This document shows, piece by piece, positions 56,828 to 57,288 of a stretch of 57,288 nt of DNA. A program made the translations under genes and the position numbers. This DNA comes from an uncultured Hyphomicrobiales bacterium. Its GTDB lineage: Bacteria > Pseudomonadota > Alphaproteobacteria > Rhizobiales > Xanthobacteraceae. The notes beneath the pieces were generated by a model. The model searched no databases and was not told where the DNA came from. It saw only the letters and a program-made list of their open reading frames with translations. The stretch spans positions 1 through 57,288 of the forward strand of contig CAYJNT010000001.1 of assembly GCA_964370945.1 (NCBI GenBank). Direction: 5' to 3'. How positions within the stretch are numbered: the first letter of the stretch is position 1; each line of letters starts with the position of its first letter.

Positions 56828-57157
56828 TTCCCGTTGCGCGGCGCTTCGATCGCGATCCCGCTTATCGGCTCCACGAACACCAGATTGTCTTCAATCACAG
56901 TTACGCCAGGGATGCTCTCGGCAACACCCCTCATCGCGTTACGCTCCCTCTCGTCCGTGATGCAGCACCCGAATATTTCAGCGCATCATCCTCCACGCTG
57001 ACATCGACTATCGTAAACGGCGCCCGTTGCCGCGATCATCGACAACAGGAAGACCGCTGACTTTGTTCTGCAGCATGATCCTCGCAGCCTGCAGGATCGA
57101 CGCGTCAGGCGCGACGGTCAACACGTCCTTCGTCATCACATCACTTGCATTGATCAC
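56824..57157 (-). pseudogene. CBS-BON domain protein pseudogene
   Basis: Manual translation: VINASDVMTKDVLTVAPDASILQAARIMLQNKVSGLPVVDDRGN, then out-of-frame BON pieces APFTIVDVSVED and ITDERERNAMRGVAESIPGV..IEDNLVFVEP.SG. Confidence 0.75.
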
Positions 57158-57216
57158 TGCCGTTCTCCGGTCGCGGACATGCGCCGGCGCCGCCGCCGTC
57201 AGTGATGGCTACGCCG

Positions 57217-57288
57217 TCAGTGATGATTGACGTTCTCCAGATCGGCCGTGATGCGCTTTTCAAGCTCGTGAATGGGCAATGTCACGTA
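57217..57288 (-). CDS. Possible 3' end of a gene entering from beyond the window
   Basis: Open frame YVTLPIHELEKRITADLENVNHH*, same strand as neighbours; no motif. Confidence 0.3.
   Translation of the reverse strand, partial: YVTLPIHELEKRITADLENVNHH

Noticed and set aside
57194-57225. 14-bp direct repeat CGCCGTCAGTGATG x2
   Set aside because: Short local duplication around a putative stop codon; no evidence of function

Overview
GC-rich window, probably from an alphaproteobacterium (Hyphomicrobiales; inferred from similarity to Rhodopseudomonas hba/bad genes). About 50 kb is one anaerobic aromatic-degradation supercluster. Its core is class I benzoyl-CoA reductase (bcrCBAD) with ferredoxin, Thauera-type had-oah-dch, korAB and a partial gcdH. 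Peripheral modules are a Rhodopseudomonas-type 4-hydroxybenzoate module (hbaA, hbaBCD, two tandem HbaR-like regulators, BadM-like Rrf2, three GNATs), a phenylacetate module (paaK, padB, fused padCD), an ABC importer and mog. Two Mo/W enzymes have no clear function: (i) a pyrogallol-transhydroxylase-like pair whose alpha subunit has an extra SCP2-like N-terminal domain and whose beta subunit has lost one whole Fe-S cluster, followed by DoxX; (ii) an acetylene-hydratase-family enzyme lacking the catalytic Asp, paired with an amidohydrolase whose RBS is repeated five times. Twelve FNR/FixK-type boxes occur across the window. A decayed junction at 50-51.6 kb separates the cluster from a hypoxia-stress module resembling the mycobacterial DosR regulon. 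All comparisons to reference proteins are from memory, not from searches.
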